Assembly: GCA_964016885.1 (NCBI GenBank) | Contig: OZ024742.1 | Span: 225,804,001 to 225,868,000, forward strand | From: Eledone cirrhosa | Taxonomy: Eukaryota | Direction of reading: 5' to 3' | Length of the DNA: 64,000 nt | In this document: positions 1 to 14,401 of the stretch, one piece after another | Layout of the letters: every line of letters begins with the position of its first letter | Numbering within the stretch: the first letter of the stretch is position 1 | Program-made: the position numbers and the translations under genes | Notes under the pieces: generated by a model | What the model was told of the DNA's origin: nothing | Databases searched by the model: none | What the model saw: the letters and a program-made list of their open reading frames with translations, nothing else

Positions 1-235
1 CATTGGCTTTTGCCTACGAGGACTCTAGCGGACTCTCCTCTCCATCTAGTCTCCTGCACACAGCATACATCAATTTCCTTTCACTCTAGCATCTCTACAA
101 TTTCTCCTGCTCTTCCTTTCATTGTGCTTACATTGATGGTTCCAACTCTGAGTTTTGGGCATTTGCAATCACTTGTATGATGGGGTGAATTTTTGCGGGG
201 GTGTGTATGCAACCTGTCTCTGGATTGAAGCTTTG
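1..235 (-). mobile_element. RTE LINE 5' region (AP-endonuclease N-terminus, degraded)
   Basis: The reverse strand reads LRVGTINVSTMKGRAGEIVEMLE*KEIDVCCVQETRWRG. Confidence 0.85.
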
Positions 236-261
236 CATATATATATATATATATATATATA

Positions 262-490
262 AGAATTTAAAATACTAGAGTGTGTTGGAGTTAAACACCC
301 TCTTCGTATTATAGAAATGACAGTAAAAGTATAGCTCAATGTAATTAAACAGAGCCGAAGAATTATGAAAATAAACCAAAGAAGCCTTCAGTACATCAAA
401 AGTCTTTATTAGCCAACAATGTTTCGTCCTATTAAGGACTCATCAGGGCAATTAAAGCTATAAGAAGCACTATCGGCCAATACAAGCCAA
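262..490 (-). mobile_element. ~230-bp hammerhead-containing module (probable Penelope-like pLTR) inside (TA)n
   Basis: Flanked on both sides by (TA)n; carries a canonical hammerhead core. Confidence 0.6.
404..457 (-). ncRNA. Type I minimal hammerhead ribozyme
   Basis: Minus strand: ctttaattgcc-CTGATGA-GTCCT(taat)AGGAC-GAAAC(att)GT-T-ggctaataaag. Intact core, stems I-III, GUU cleavage triplet. Confidence 0.85.
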
Positions 491-512
491 TATATATATA
501 TATATATATATA

Positions 513-1812
513 TCATCATCATCATCATCATCAACGTTTAACGTCCGTGTTCCACGCTTGCATGGGTTTGGACGGGGGTAGTCCCACTTGAGGCAAGAGT
601 GATTGTCTTGCTCGCATAGGACTGTCTGGCAGGTTTTCTACAGTTGGATGCCCTTCCTAACACCAACCACATTTACAGTGTGGGTCTGGGAGGTTTTTAC
701 CGTGTTGCCTACACGGCCACATTACAGCGTGGACTGTGTGTTTTTTTGTCGTGACACCTACACGATCTCATTTGTTTCGGCCTGGATGGCGCGGCACCAA
801 CATAACTTTACATAGAACGGGGTGGTGTGGATGAGGTGGGGGTGGTGGTGGTGGGACGGGGTGTATTTTGTTAGAGATGCCTACTGGCTGGAGTAGGTTT
901 TACTATATATTTAGGTAAGGCGGGTCTTCTCTGTTACTGAGTACCGCCAAAGGTCTCGGTCCAGTGACATTGTCTTGGAGAGGTGTAAGTGTGTGAGGTC
1001 GGAGTTTATCAGCTCGTCCCAGGTTTTTCTAGGTCTGCCTATTCCGTGGCTACCGTCTATCTTTATTGCCCTGCACTTTGTTATACAGCTATCGACTTTC
1101 ATGCGCATCACGTGTCCATACCAACGTAGCCTTCTCTCGAGTAAACAACATCTGATCCCTCTTATCTCTAATTTTTTCCTTAGTTCGTTTATGCTTTGCC
1201 GTTCACGTATATTATTGTTACACATCCAGCGGAGCATGCAAGCTTCGTTCCTCTCTAGTCTGCGTATATCCTCTGCACACAATGCCCAGGTCTCACTGCC
1301 ATGCAACATTGCTGTTCGTATGCAGGCATCGTACAACCTGCCTTTCATTTTTAGGGAGAACCCTTTAGCGGCTAATAGTGGTATAAGCTCTCTGAACTTT
1401 TTCCAACCAGTTCTGACTCTAGCTACTGTACTTTCAGAGCACCCTCCCCCACTGCTGATTTTGTCACCCAGGTAACGGAAGCTGTCCACTATTTCTATAG
1501 AACCCTCTGCGCAGTTGAAGGAGCTAGTATTTTGTGGGCACTTGCTGCTACTTATTGCACCAGAACACCGGCCACATGTAAAATCTATGTTCTTAGTTAG
1601 CTTACCTGTGATCCCACTACATCTTTTATGCACCCATACTTTGCATTTGGGACACAAAATGGAGTTTCTACCTACGCCTTTCCTACACACCGAGCACGAC
1701 CATTTCCCAGAAGGGACCGCCGCCTTGTTTTCTTTCCTACAAACTAGAACTTTGGTCTTAGCCAGGTTAATTTTAAGTCCTTTTGACTCTAGGCCGTGCT
1801 TCCATGTTTGGA
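513..1812 (-). mobile_element. RTE LINE, 5'-truncated (RT C-terminus, Cys-rich insert, 3'UTR, (GAT)n tail)
   Basis: [41 protein letters not shown]; (CAT)n at 513-532. Confidence 0.92.
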
Positions 1813-1918
<106 letters not shown>

Positions 1919-1981
1919 AAATATTTGAATCAACGTACCTGTTTTTTTGATATTTCCTGCTAATTCATTATTGGTTGTTAA

Positions 1982-2484
1982 CCGATTAGCATTTAAACCG
2001 GCTGTATCCGGCCAGAATTCTCCCACCTCTTTCTAATCAAACCGGCCATAACTGGCCACTCATACTGATGTTAAGGTATTGTTCTCAAAATAAATAATAT
2101 CAAAATCATGTAGATTCAATATTATGTGAGATATGCCCCCACACCCCCCACTGCAAGGTGGTCGTGGAGGTACCACGGCAAAAAAGCACCCAGCCCACAC
2201 TGTAAAGTGGACGTGCAGGCGCCAGGAAAAAGCACCCAACACTCACTGTAAATGAGGTTGGTGTTAGGAAGGGCATCCAGCTGTAGAAATCAAGCCAAAT
2301 CAGTTCCTGTAGGAGCAAGGCATGGTCAGCCGACCAGACACTGCCCACAACAGGACAAACCGTCTAACCCATGCTAGCGTGGAAGAACGGATGTAAAACG
2401 GTGATGATGATGATGATGATGATGATGAAAGCCTTTAACATGAAAATACAATTGTATATATAGAGTAATGTAAATGCTAAAAGG
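1982..2484. mobile_element. piggyBac-like MITE interrupted by an RTE 3'UTR fragment (~2129-2428, +)
   Basis: TTAA flanks and ends like ccctttagcattta; same family as 35189-35409 and 37604-37824. The insert matches 58810-59098. Confidence 0.75.
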
Positions 2485-2529
2485 TTAAGAATTAATCATA
2501 AGTCTGTTTAGTTATTTGTTTTGAATTAG

Positions 2530-2744
2530 GAAACAGAAGAAGATGGTTTTAAAGACTATGAATTGCAGAAAGAAATAGACAGGGTTGCAGTGACGTTATA
2601 TATCGACGGACAAAATAATGAGTGCACTTACATGTCAGACCTACAGCTGCCATTATATGTCACAGAACAAATGACATGCTCTTCAGTAATGTTTAGTACC
2701 ACAAGAGTTCTGCGGAAGGATTCATCCAAGATTTGGAAAGCAAG
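2530..2744 (+). CDS. HYDIN: HYDIN exon a (ETEEDGFKDYELQKEIDR...IWKAR)
   Basis: Acceptor aattag|GAA and donor AAG|gtacac; phase 2 matches the next exon. ELQKEIDR resembles HYDIN ELQMEMER. The acceptor is less certain. Confidence 0.75.
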
Positions 2745-3681
2745 GTACACACCATTACTTACAAGGAATTTTCTGGGGATATTTTTCATGCAACTAACAT
2801 GCCCTCTCTCTCTATTAATCCTTTTTTTTTTAATACCAGAATATGCTCTATCTTCTATTAACCATATTATAACTTGAATATGTAAATCTTCTTTTGTAAA
2901 TTTGCACCATGTTATCCACCAACATCTTGATCTCACATATATTTTACTAAAATATTCAGGTTTTCATGTATATGTGTGTGTGTGTATGTATAACTGCAGA
3001 GCTCCCTAAATATTTACATTTACATTTTCTATAATTATAGACCTCACTTACCAATATATGAACTGAATTTGGGTTTTGTGATCCTTGGTTTAATAACTAG
3101 TCGCACTGTTTCTGTGACTAACTATGGAAATCACCCAGTTTCTTTCAAGATAACACATGACCATCTGCAGTACTGGGGGTTTAAGATTGATATAAACAAG
3201 GTTTCTAATCTACCCCCTCAAGAAACTGCGAATTTTCAGTTGACATTTGACCCCAGAGCTGCAAATCTCACCAAGGGCCCCATAGAAACCAAACTTCTGA
3301 TCAATGTAAGTGAATTTATTTATCATTTATACTTGGGTAAAAGAAATAGTTCCCACCCCTTCGCTCATCACTGACTATGTGTTTGCATGCAAGCTAGGGC
3401 AGGGTTTTTTGTGAAAGACCAGCTGTCACTCATGCATGCCGGTTTCCTCTCTCCACATCACCAATGTTGTCCAAGAGAAAGGCAAAGATTGACAAAAGAA
3501 GCTCTCATTGTCATGTCTTCCCTGATCTATATGTATAGCATCTGGATGGTACTTCCAATGTACGAGGAGCTACATTTAATACATAGGACTGAGTAAAACA
3601 TTACTTTGTTTTGTTTTATTTGTCATCCTTTGCTCTTTATATATTTCTATTGCATTGCACTGGCTTTTTGAAACTTATCAG

Positions 3682-3743
<62 letters not shown>

Positions 3744-6700
3744 TTGTGTGTGTGTGTTTATACACTATATATACATTATGTTTGATGTTGTCCAAGGGAA
3801 TATTTATGATCAAATATTCTTAACCAAAATAAGGGGTAGCACTATACACAGGCGTTTGCTTGCATTACTGGTGGCTGTAATCTACCTGATAAAGCAGCAA
3901 ATTGCTAGAGTCATTAGAGCATCAAATTAAATGTCTTTGTATTCATTTTGGATCTCTGCACTCTGTGTCCATATCCTGTCCAGGTCAACTTTGCCTTTTA
4001 TCCTTTTGGGGTGAATAAAATACCAGTCCAGTACTGGGGTTAATTGTTTACATTGCTGAGTTATTGCTTTTCCAAGATTTTACCCAGTACTGAAACGTTT
4101 CACTATGATAGGCCTACCAACAGTGCTCAGAAGCTAGGGACACATTATACATGATGTAGATTTATACTTGAATATATATGGTGTCTACACACACACACAC
4201 ACACATATTACCCAGTTTTGAAATGTTCTACTATGATAGGATAACCAGTAGAGCTTAAAAATAAAATTTTTTACAAAAGAAGTCAGGGATTTCATTATAC
4301 ATTAAGTAGACTTATATAGTAGTTTCACTCACTGACAGTCTCCAATCTCTGACTTGCTGATGCTCTGTCTCCTCCCTCTACTTCTACTACTACTAAAATG
4401 TATGTTGTTGTACTCAGAACTGTTTAACTTTTCATTGTTTTGTTTTTTGCTTGCTTATTTGTTTGTATGTGTTTTACTTTTTATTATGATATCATTAACA
4501 GTTAACAAATGGGCCACAAATTATTGTATCTCTTTATGCTCACATCACAATGCCAGAAATGGAGGTTTCTCATGACTTGCTAGATTTTGTAAATGTGAAA
4601 TGTGGAGAGTGTAAAATCCTGAGCACCCAACTCCATAACCACCAGTTCGTTCCATGTGAATGGAATTATCTTCCAATGTCAACAAAGAAAACTTGGGTAA
4701 GTCTTTTTAATTCCTTCATGAAAAAATACTTTATTTCAATTAATTAATGAGCAATTTGGGATTTACTAAAATTATCATTTATTTAATTCCTAAGATGGTA
4801 TTTTATTATCTGGTTCTTTTATAAAATTTTGTTATATTTTAATTTAAATAGGAACACTTTAAAAGGGTTTTTTTGTTCATAGAACCTCCTCCATTTTTCT
4901 TCTTTTTCCGGGATCTGGAGGCGGAATTGTTGTGTTGTTCTGGAAAGGCCTGGATCTCACACAATGGACCATCTTCCTGGACTCGGAGAGTAAATCAGTG
5001 GGGCTGAATGTGACCAGCATTGAAGGGCACACCTTCAGAGTAGTGGCCATCTATGCTCTGACAGGGGCAGCACGAACTGATTTCTTCCGACTCCTGGAAA
5101 CTTTTCCTAGGAACGTCTCACTCTAGTCTTAGTGAGCGACTGGAATGGTATCTTATATGCACGCTGGGATTGTGTAGGCCTAATGGACAGGGGAGGAGTT
5201 AAAAGCCTCGCAAATCAGCTCAGATGCTTCCAACTGTCTGATAGATACCAACTGGTTTTTCCGAATGTGCCAATGTGGACATGGACAAACCGCATTGGGT
5301 CATCCAGATCATATCTAGATAGGGTATTCTGTAGGGAAGTAGACAAGGATAGTATAAGTTATCCATAATTTCAAACAGTTGAATAGACAGACCACAAATT
5401 TGTGACATGTGTAGTAGATCTAGATAGGCTCTATAGGCAAGGATCCAGTTACTGGAAGACGCCTCATTCCTACAGAGACCAAATTAGTGAATTAGTTAAG
5501 TTGGCGTTGACAGATGCAATCGTCAACAAGTGGTGGTATACCTTGAAAAGAGCGATTAAAGTAGAATCAATAAGATTTAGCAAAGCTGTAGCAATAGAGA
5601 AAACTAGAGTAGAGAGGGAACTAGTGAAAAAACTAAAAGACTACAAGAGGCAATTAGCAAGGCATTACAACCAATGCTTTTGCAGTGTGATTGGTCCTAG
5701 ACCAATTCTTCAATGCTAAACATGAAGGCCGTGTTGTCAGAGCTAAGGCGCCTGCTCTTAGACATGAGGGGGACGAAAGCCATTTAATGGGCTCGTGTAG
5801 CAGAGGTACACTGTGGCAACCAAGTCACAATTCGACGGGCGCATGATATTCGATCCCAAGCAGATGTGTGCGATTTTTCAGCAATACTTTGTCCGGCTGT
5901 TCAGGAGCAGTGGCTGGCTGGATCGCCAGATGGACTTCACAGCCTACCGCGGCTGTTGGTGACAGAAGTGGAGTGTTGCGAAAAGCCAATAACAGTCGCT
6001 AAGATACAGGAGGCATTAACGGACTGCATGAGGGGCAAATCACCTGGATTGGATGGTCTGCCTACGAGCTTTATGTTTATATGCCAGACTTGTTTGGTGA
6101 CCTCTTGACAGATCTCTACTGCAACTGGCAGCAGAATGGCAGAATTCGCAGTTCTGTGAGCTATGGAGTGGGGGCACTGCTGAGAAAAGACCTAACAAGG
6201 GGGACAATATAGATAATTTTAGGCCCATAACTCTGCTAAATGCAGAGTTCAAAATTTGGCCAAGGTGTTAGCAACAAGGTTGGCACTTGTCGTTGGTGGT
6301 CTGTTAGGGGAGGCACAGACATGTGCTAATCTACGACAACCTTCATCTCATGCAAAACGTCATAGAGAGGGAGGCTAAAGAACTTGGCACGGGTGGAGTA
6401 CTGATCAATTTGGATCAATTCAATTCATTTGATAAGGTCGACCATCAGTACTTGGTGGTGGTCCTCAAAGCAGCAGGCTTTGGCCGGCTTTTAGAGGATG
6501 TATTGCAGCTATGCATAGTGACATCTGCTCTGTGGTCAGATTGAACAGTCACGTCTTGTAGCCATTCAACATCATGTGTTCGGTCTGTCAGAGCTGTCCT
6601 CTCTCGTCCTTGTTGTATGCATTGACTCTACACAAATTAGAGACGTTGAGGGGTATCCTGCGTGAACTAGGACATGGAAGATCTGTGTTGGCTTATGCCA

Positions 6701-9700
6701 ACGACATCACAGTTGTAGTGTTGAACACCAAACACATTAAGGTGATCTGCACTGCTTTGAAGGAATGCAAAGCGCTGACAGGAGCGAAAATCAACCAGGA
6801 AAAATCCGTGGGTCTACAACTCGGCACATGGAGGGATAGGTCCATGCCGTCTAACAGTGTCGTCGGACACTGGACAGATGGGCTGGTTAAATTACTGAGG
6901 GTCTGGTTTGGTTCTGACCTCCAGATGGACAGAAATTGAGATGAGGTGACGAACAGAGTGGCCAATCTCACCCAGAAATGGGCCGAGAGAAAGCTGTCCC
7001 TGAAAGGTAGAGCAGAGGTGGAGAACACATTCATCACGTCCATCATTACTACTGCTTGACCATCGTGCCTTGTCCCAAACCTGGAGCATCCTGCACTGGA
7101 GCATTTGCTCTTCTGCTTCTTGTGGAAAGGACCCATTCCGATGGTCAAGTGGTCCATCTGCTGTCAACAGCCCTTGTGTGGAGGACTGGGAATGCCATGG
7201 CTAATGATGTGCAGACATACGCTGAGGTTATGACATCTCTATCTCTTCCTTAATGGTGAACAGGTGTGCTTGCTGTTCACCAGATGCATGTTCCCCCAGC
7301 TTGTATCCTTAACGGAGCTACAGTCATTGGTCAAGCGGAGACTGAGGGAGAGTGCTTGGAAACTGGAATGTCTCCAGGCACTTACAACCCTTCAACAATC
7401 GGGCAATATAATCGGTGGAAACGCCACTTTGGCATTCTATAGAGGGTTAGTGGCAGATAAAAGCAACAACGTTCTTAGGGAAACTCTAGACATCGATGAA
7501 AATTAACTAGTCACTCTTTTTGGGAGGACTTTCGGTCCAGGACCCATGGATAATTTCCAGAAATCCCTGGCATGGCAGTGCTATTGAGGAGCTTTTCCAG
7601 TTAGAGATAAACTCTACAAAGAAGTGCCATCAGCCAGACCTGTCCGAGATGCATGCAGGATGACAAAGCCGTCCTGCATGCAATTGTCCAGTGTCCAAGC
7701 ATTGCTGACTTGTGGGTTAATGTCGAACACCTGCTGTCACATCTAGGACAAATTCAGTTATCAACTGAGTCCATTGTAAAGATTGTCCTGCCGCCTTCTT
7801 TTAGTCAAGAAGGGCAGGCCATTTTTATGTCTTGTGGCTATGGTGAAAGAGGTTCTATGGTGGACACACTTGAAAGATTTGATGACGAGCACTTTCCTCT
7901 TTGGAGAAGCCCTGATTAACTTCTTCAGATTCCACTTGAGGAAAATAAGGGTAGAGAGAAAAGTGCTGCCTCCAAAGCAATTTGCTGAAAGGTGGGTGAG
8001 AGAAGCAAGCATGGCCTGAGTGAATGGGCCCGCTCTGAATTGGAGGACTACAACTAGGACAAGGCAGTTACCCTAAAGATCAGAGCATCCGTGGTTTTAT
8101 GGAATATTTTCCACAAATGACCCTCGAACGTCTCCTCCCTATTGAGGAATCTTCTTTGTTTTAATTTCATTGTTATTTTTTTTTAACATTGTTAAAATTT
8201 GTTTACATGCAAAACCCACACATGAACACATACACACACACACATACACACACACACACACATACACACACTATGTTTTCATCCTCTACTGTTGTAAACA
8301 CTGTGTGGTTAATAAAGAAAGCATTATTATTATTATTATTATTATTGTGGAAGTATACACGTCGCAGGAAATTTTGTTCCTGTAAGTTTGTGATTTTTGA
8401 ACAGTTTTTATTGTGAACCTTCGGGGTTAAATTCCCATTTGAACTTTGCATTTAGCAAATACACCCACAAAAAAAAAAGAAAAATGGCCTCATTCAAAAA
8501 ATCTGTTTCTCTACCATGCCTCCACACAAAAATGACTCCTTCAGCAAGCTATCCTTCTCTACCTTGTCTTCCCTCACAACAATTTCTTTCTTCACCCAGC
8601 TGTCAGCGTGGAGTCTTGCTTTCCTTTTTGTCTTCTTCAACGTCACATAGGGAAAGTCAGGCAAAGGCCATTTCATTCTCTTCTTCATCAAGCAGCAGTC
8701 GAGAAGCAGCTGCTGCTGATGCATTTGACAACAAAGGAGGTAGCAGCAGCAGCGACAGTATTAACAATAACACCTGTGGTAGCAGTAGCAGCAGCAGCAA
8801 CACCAACAACACCGTTTGTAGCAGTAGCAACAACAACAGCACCAACAACAACAAGACCAGTAGCAACAGTAGTGGCTGCAACAATGATGCCAGTGAAAAA
8901 GGGACCATCTCTTTTGCAAAGGTGGCTCGCAACGTAGAAACAGTCCTGATCACAGAGGAGGAGATGGTAACCAGAACTGAATTTTCAGTGTCCTTGAAAC
9001 CACCAACCGACTTCCTGGAGGAACAAGAGCGATGCACAGTGTCATACCGCACAATTGCCACGAAATCGCGTTGTGTGGAGAGAGCCTTGGAGGCCAAATC
9101 CAGAAAGCCTTGGGAAATGTTGGCATGGAAAACCCACATCACCCGAGGCAAGAAATATGCTACTGTGGACGTCCTTTTTTCTACCACCCAGGAAGCAAAA
9201 TCGCACTCATTGAGGACCCTGCAGAGTGATGACATAACGTTAGTCTCGTTTTACTGCGGGAAAAAAATTGCAAAGGTCAGGGTAACCCAGGTCCTGCCCT
9301 ATGAACCCGTGCCTTGGCTGGTCATGTCTGTTCTTGCGGGCATCGAGAATAGAACAACCATTCTGCAGGTACAGAAGTTGGGGAGAGAGGATTGGTCCGG
9401 TATTGGAATGGTAATGCTCATCCAAACCGACCAGGACTGCATCAGCACTATTCCCGATGTAATAGACATCGGGAATGGCTCCCAACTTCCCATATCTGTG
9501 TAAGGAAGGTGCTCAAAGTGTTTCAACTGTGGATCAAAGTCTTACCTCAGGGCCTTCTGCACACAGAAAATAACAAAAGCGAAGGACCCCTCCTTCCAAC
9601 GCCGGAACCACTACCATCAGAAAAAGTCGGGAGCTTCTACAGAGAGTAGGAAGACAACATCTGTGGCACCCACACCAAAGCCACGGACAAAAACAGCAGC

Positions 9701-12700
9701 GACAACTGCAGCAACAAAAGCAGCTGTGCCTGTGCCAAGAACGGCAGACCAGGCTCCACCACCAACAACATACCCCTCCCCGACTTCTCACAGTTGGACA
9801 TGGAGTATGAGGCAGCTGAGGAGTGGAAAACGGTTGTCTACAAAAAGAACAAATGCAAAAACAGCACAGCTTCTCCCTCCAAAAGCGTACACAGACATAA
9901 ATATCACACACAAAAAATTAATGGAACATATAAAACAACACAGAGACATTACAGACTTAAATTACCACACCCCACCAACACCAAAAACATTGCAATTGTC
10001 GAAATTAAACTGGAAGACTATAAACAATTAAAGCAAAAATTCCCCAACTGCGTTGGGGATTTCAGGGGGTCACTCTCCAAAAGAATATATACAGATATCA
10101 TCTTGGAGACACCCATGACCAGTCGAAGGGACGGTTCTAAGGTTCTACTGATCCTTTCTCACTTGCTCCGTTCCTCATCCAACATGGCCGTACTTCGAAT
10201 AGGCAGCATAATGCACATGGCCCGGGGTCATCTTGGAAGCAGGGTCACCTGCTCAACGACCTCAAATCACTAAATATAGATGTGGTGGCTATCAGCGAGA
10301 CCAGAATCTCTGAAGCACGAACCTTCACACCGATCTTCGGCAGCTACGATGTATACACATCTCTCAGCCGTCCAGGATCGGGGGGAGGAGTTGCTGTGCT
10401 TTTTCGGAGAGGCTTGGATCTCGCCATATGGGCCATCTTCCTGGACCCAGAAGGTAAGTCGGTGGTGCTGGATGTGACCGGCAGCGAAGGCAATGCTTTC
10501 AGGCTAGTAGCCGTCTACGCCCCAACAGGGGCAGGACGGCCAGATTTCTTCAGATGTTTAGAGACTTTTCTTGGAACGTCCCGCTCCTTAGTGTTAGTGG
10601 GCGACTGGAACAGTATCTTAGATGCACACTGGGATTATGTGGGGCTAGTAGACAGGACAGGAGGGTGTAAAAGCCTCAACAACCTGCTCAGACGTTTTGA
10701 ACTGTCTGACAGGTATAGACTGGATTATCCGAATGTGCCAATGTGGACATGGGCAAACTGCATCAGGTCATCCAGATCGTATTTAGATAGGGTATTCTGT
10801 AGGGAAACAGATAAGGCTAGTGTAAGTTGTCCATAATATAAAGTAGTTGACTACACAGACCACAAATTCGTGACCTGTGAGGTTGACTTAGACTCCATAG
10901 GCAAGGGCCTGGTTACTGGAAGCTGAATGCGTCTTTCCCAGCACGCAAAACTTACAGAGACCGGATTAGCGAATTAGTTAAGCGTGCGTTGACGGGTGCA
11001 ATCATCAACAGCAGGTGGTGGTTTACCCTGAAAAGGGCTATTAGATTAGAATCGATAAGGTTTAGCAAAGGAGTAGTGATAGAGGAAAACTAGAAGAGGC
11101 GTTTAGAACAGGCATCGCAATCGGCGTGCTTGCAGTGAGATTGGCACTTGACCAATTCTTCAACGCAAAGCATGAAGGATGCGTTGTCAGAGCTAGAGCG
11201 CATGTCCTGAGACATGAGGGGACGAAAGCCGTTCAATGGGCCCGGGTGGTAGAGGCGCGACGTGGCAACAAATCCACAATACGGTCTTTGCCTGATCAAA
11301 ATGGCCGCATATTGCTCGAACCCGAGCAGATGTGTGCGGCTTTTCAACAGCACTTTGCTCGATTGTTTGGCGGCAGCAGTGGACAGGATCACAGTATGGA
11401 CTTCTGTGCATATCTCGACGGACTGCCGCGGCTCTCGACGACCACAGCGCAGTGCTGTGAAAGACCGATAACAGCAAGTGAAATACGGGAAGCGATGTCT
11501 AACTGCACAAGGGGTAAATCACCAGGTTTGGATGGTCTACTCTACGAGCTTTATGCGTACATGCCAGACTTGTTTGGCGACCTCTTGGCAGATGTCTACT
11601 GCAACTGGCAGCAGAACGGGAGCATTCCCAGTTTTGTGAGCCGGGGGGCGGTGGCGCTGCTGAAAAAAGACCCGAACAAAGGGGACGTTATAGACAACTT
11701 CAGGCTCATAACTCTGCTAAACGCAGAGTTCAAGATTTTGGCCAAGGTGTTAGCAACGAGGTTGGCGTTTGTTGTTGAGGATCTGGTGGGAGAGGTGCAG
11801 ACATGCGCCATTCCGGACAGATCCATACACGACAACCTCCACCTCATGTGATACATTGTAGAGCGGGTGGTTAAGGAACCTGGCACGAGTGGGGCTCTGA
11901 TCAACTTGTATCAATCCAAAGCATTCGATAGGGTCAACCATCAGTACCTGGCGGCGGGCCTTGAGGCAGCTGGTTTCGGGCCCGTTTTCAGGGGTTGGAT
12001 CGCTGCGATGTACAGCGACATCTGCTCGGTTGTGAGGGTGAACGGTCACCTGTCGCAGCCATTCAGGATCATGCGCTCGGTCCGCCAGGGTTTCCCCTCT
12101 CATCCCTCTTGTAAGTATTGGCTCTCGAGCCATTACTGCACAAACTGGGGGCGATGAGGGGCGTCCCACGCGAACTAGGATGCAAGAAATCCAAGTTGGC
12201 TTACGCCGACGACGTCACCATGGTGGTGTCGAGTACCAGACACATCCAGATGCTCGGTACCGCTCTCAAGGAATACGAAGCGGTGACAGGAGCAAAGATA
12301 AACCACGAAAAGTTGGTGGGCTTGAAGCTCGGCACCTGGAGAGGCAAATCCATGCCGTCCGACAGCATCGTGGGGTGTTGGACGGATGGACCGGTTAAAT
12401 TGCTCGGGGTCTGGTTCAGACCGGACCTCCAGATGGAGAAAAACTGGAACGAGGTGACAAGCAAGGTGGCCTCCCTCACCCAGAAATGGACCGAGAGGAA
12501 GCTGTCCCTGAAAGGCCAGGCAGAGGTGGCGAATGCATACATCGCATCCGTCATCTGCTACCGCCTCACCGTCGTTCCTTGCCCCGGCCCAACTCTCACC
12601 AAAATGGAGCGCCTCCTCTTCCACTTTTTGTGTCAGACGATCCATCTGCTGTCAACATCCGTTGCGTGGAGGACTGGGTATGCCATTGCTGATGATGCGC

Positions 12701-14367
12701 AAACATGCGCTGAGGCTGCGACATCTCTGGTGCTTCCTTGACGGTGAACAGGGGTGGTCGCTGTTCGCCAGGCACGTTTACCCACAGCTCATCTCCTTGA
12801 CGGAGTTGCAGTCCTGGGTCAGGAAGAGACCAAGGGATAGCGCTTGGAAACTGGAATGTCTCCAGGCGCAGACCGCCCTCTGCCAGCTGGGCACCAGCAT
12901 CGGTGGAACATCCACCTCGGCGTTCTATAGAAGACTAGTGGAGGGGAAGAGCGACGACGTTCTCAGAGAGATCCTGGGCATCGAAGAAGATCAGCTGTTT
13001 GCTCTCTTCCGGAGAACTTTCAGCCCAGGGCCTTTGGATAACTTCCAGAAAGAGATAAGCTCTAAGGCACGGAAGTGCCGTCAACCGAGCCTGTCCGAGA
13101 TGTGCGCAGAGCGACGAAACCGTTGTCCACGCACTCGTTCAGTGCCCGAGCATTGCTGACTTGTGGAGCTATGTAGGACCGATCCGGTTATCGACTGAGT
13201 CCATTGTGCAGATGGTCTCACCGTCTTCCTTCGAGGAGGAAGGGCAGTCGGTTTTCATCTGCCTGGTGGCCATGGCAAAAGAGTGAACGGGACCGCTCTG
13301 AATATACGCTTGTAGTTTGAGGAATGGAAAAATTGAGAGAGGGCGCTTACCCTGGTGGTCAGGGAGGCCGTGGTCTTTTGTGTGGTTTTCGCCATGAGTA
13401 ACCCTCGGAGGTTTCTCCCCTATTGGGGAATTTTTCATTGTTTCAATTTTCATTTTTATTGTTTAAATATATATATGTTTCTATGTCTTTTTCCTTTTTC
13501 GTTTCTGATATAAATAATAAAAATCTTTACATGCACAAAACCCACATCGTACTGTCCTGTGCCGTCTGTAATGTTTTTCTTGATGTCAGCCCTTGTGGCC
13601 AATAAAGAAATCATTATTATTATCTGGCCTGGCAGTGCTACTGAGGAGCTTTGCCAGTTCGGGATAAATTCTACAGACATGGAGGTGCCGTCAGCCGGGC
13701 ATGTCCGAGATGCGCGCAGGGCGACGAAATCATCCTGCCCGCACTCATCCAGGGTCTGAGCATTGCTGACTTGTGGGTTTATGTTGAACATCTGCTGTCG
13801 CGTGTAGGACGGATCCAGCTATCAGCTGAGTCCATCGTGAGGATTGCTCCGCCGTCTTCCTTTAGCCGGGAAGGGCAGGCAGTTTTTATCTGTCTGGTGT
13901 CCATGGCGAAAGAGATAGTATGGTGGACACGTTTGAAAGGGCTGAAGACGAGCACTTACCTCTTTGGTGATGCCCTGATTAACTTTTTCAAATTTCATTT
14001 GAAAATGAAAATCAGGGTAGAGAGGGAAGTGCTCTCTTCCCAGCATTTTGTTGAAAGATGGGTGAGAGAGGCAAGAATGGCCCGAGTGAATGGGCCTACT
14101 CTGAGTATGTGTCTGTAAATTAAAGGTGGAAAACTGGGAGTGGGCACTTGCCCTGGTGGTCAGGGTCACTGTGGCTTTTAATGGGCTTTCTCCACAAATG
14201 TCCCTCGGAAGTCTCCCTCGTATTGGGGAATTTTTCATTGTTATTTTTTTGTTACATCCTCTGTTTTTGTTTTTTACATGCAGAAATGCCCATTTGTACC
14301 GTCCTGTATTGTCCTGTACTGCCCTTAATGTCTAGTTTATGTAAACCCTTGTGGTTAATAAAGAAAG

Positions 14368-14401
<34 letters not shown>

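Noticed and set aside
4080-4320. ~128-bp-period degenerate direct duplication (ttacccag...ctatgatagg)
   Set aside because: An old local tandem duplication with no structural or coding signal.
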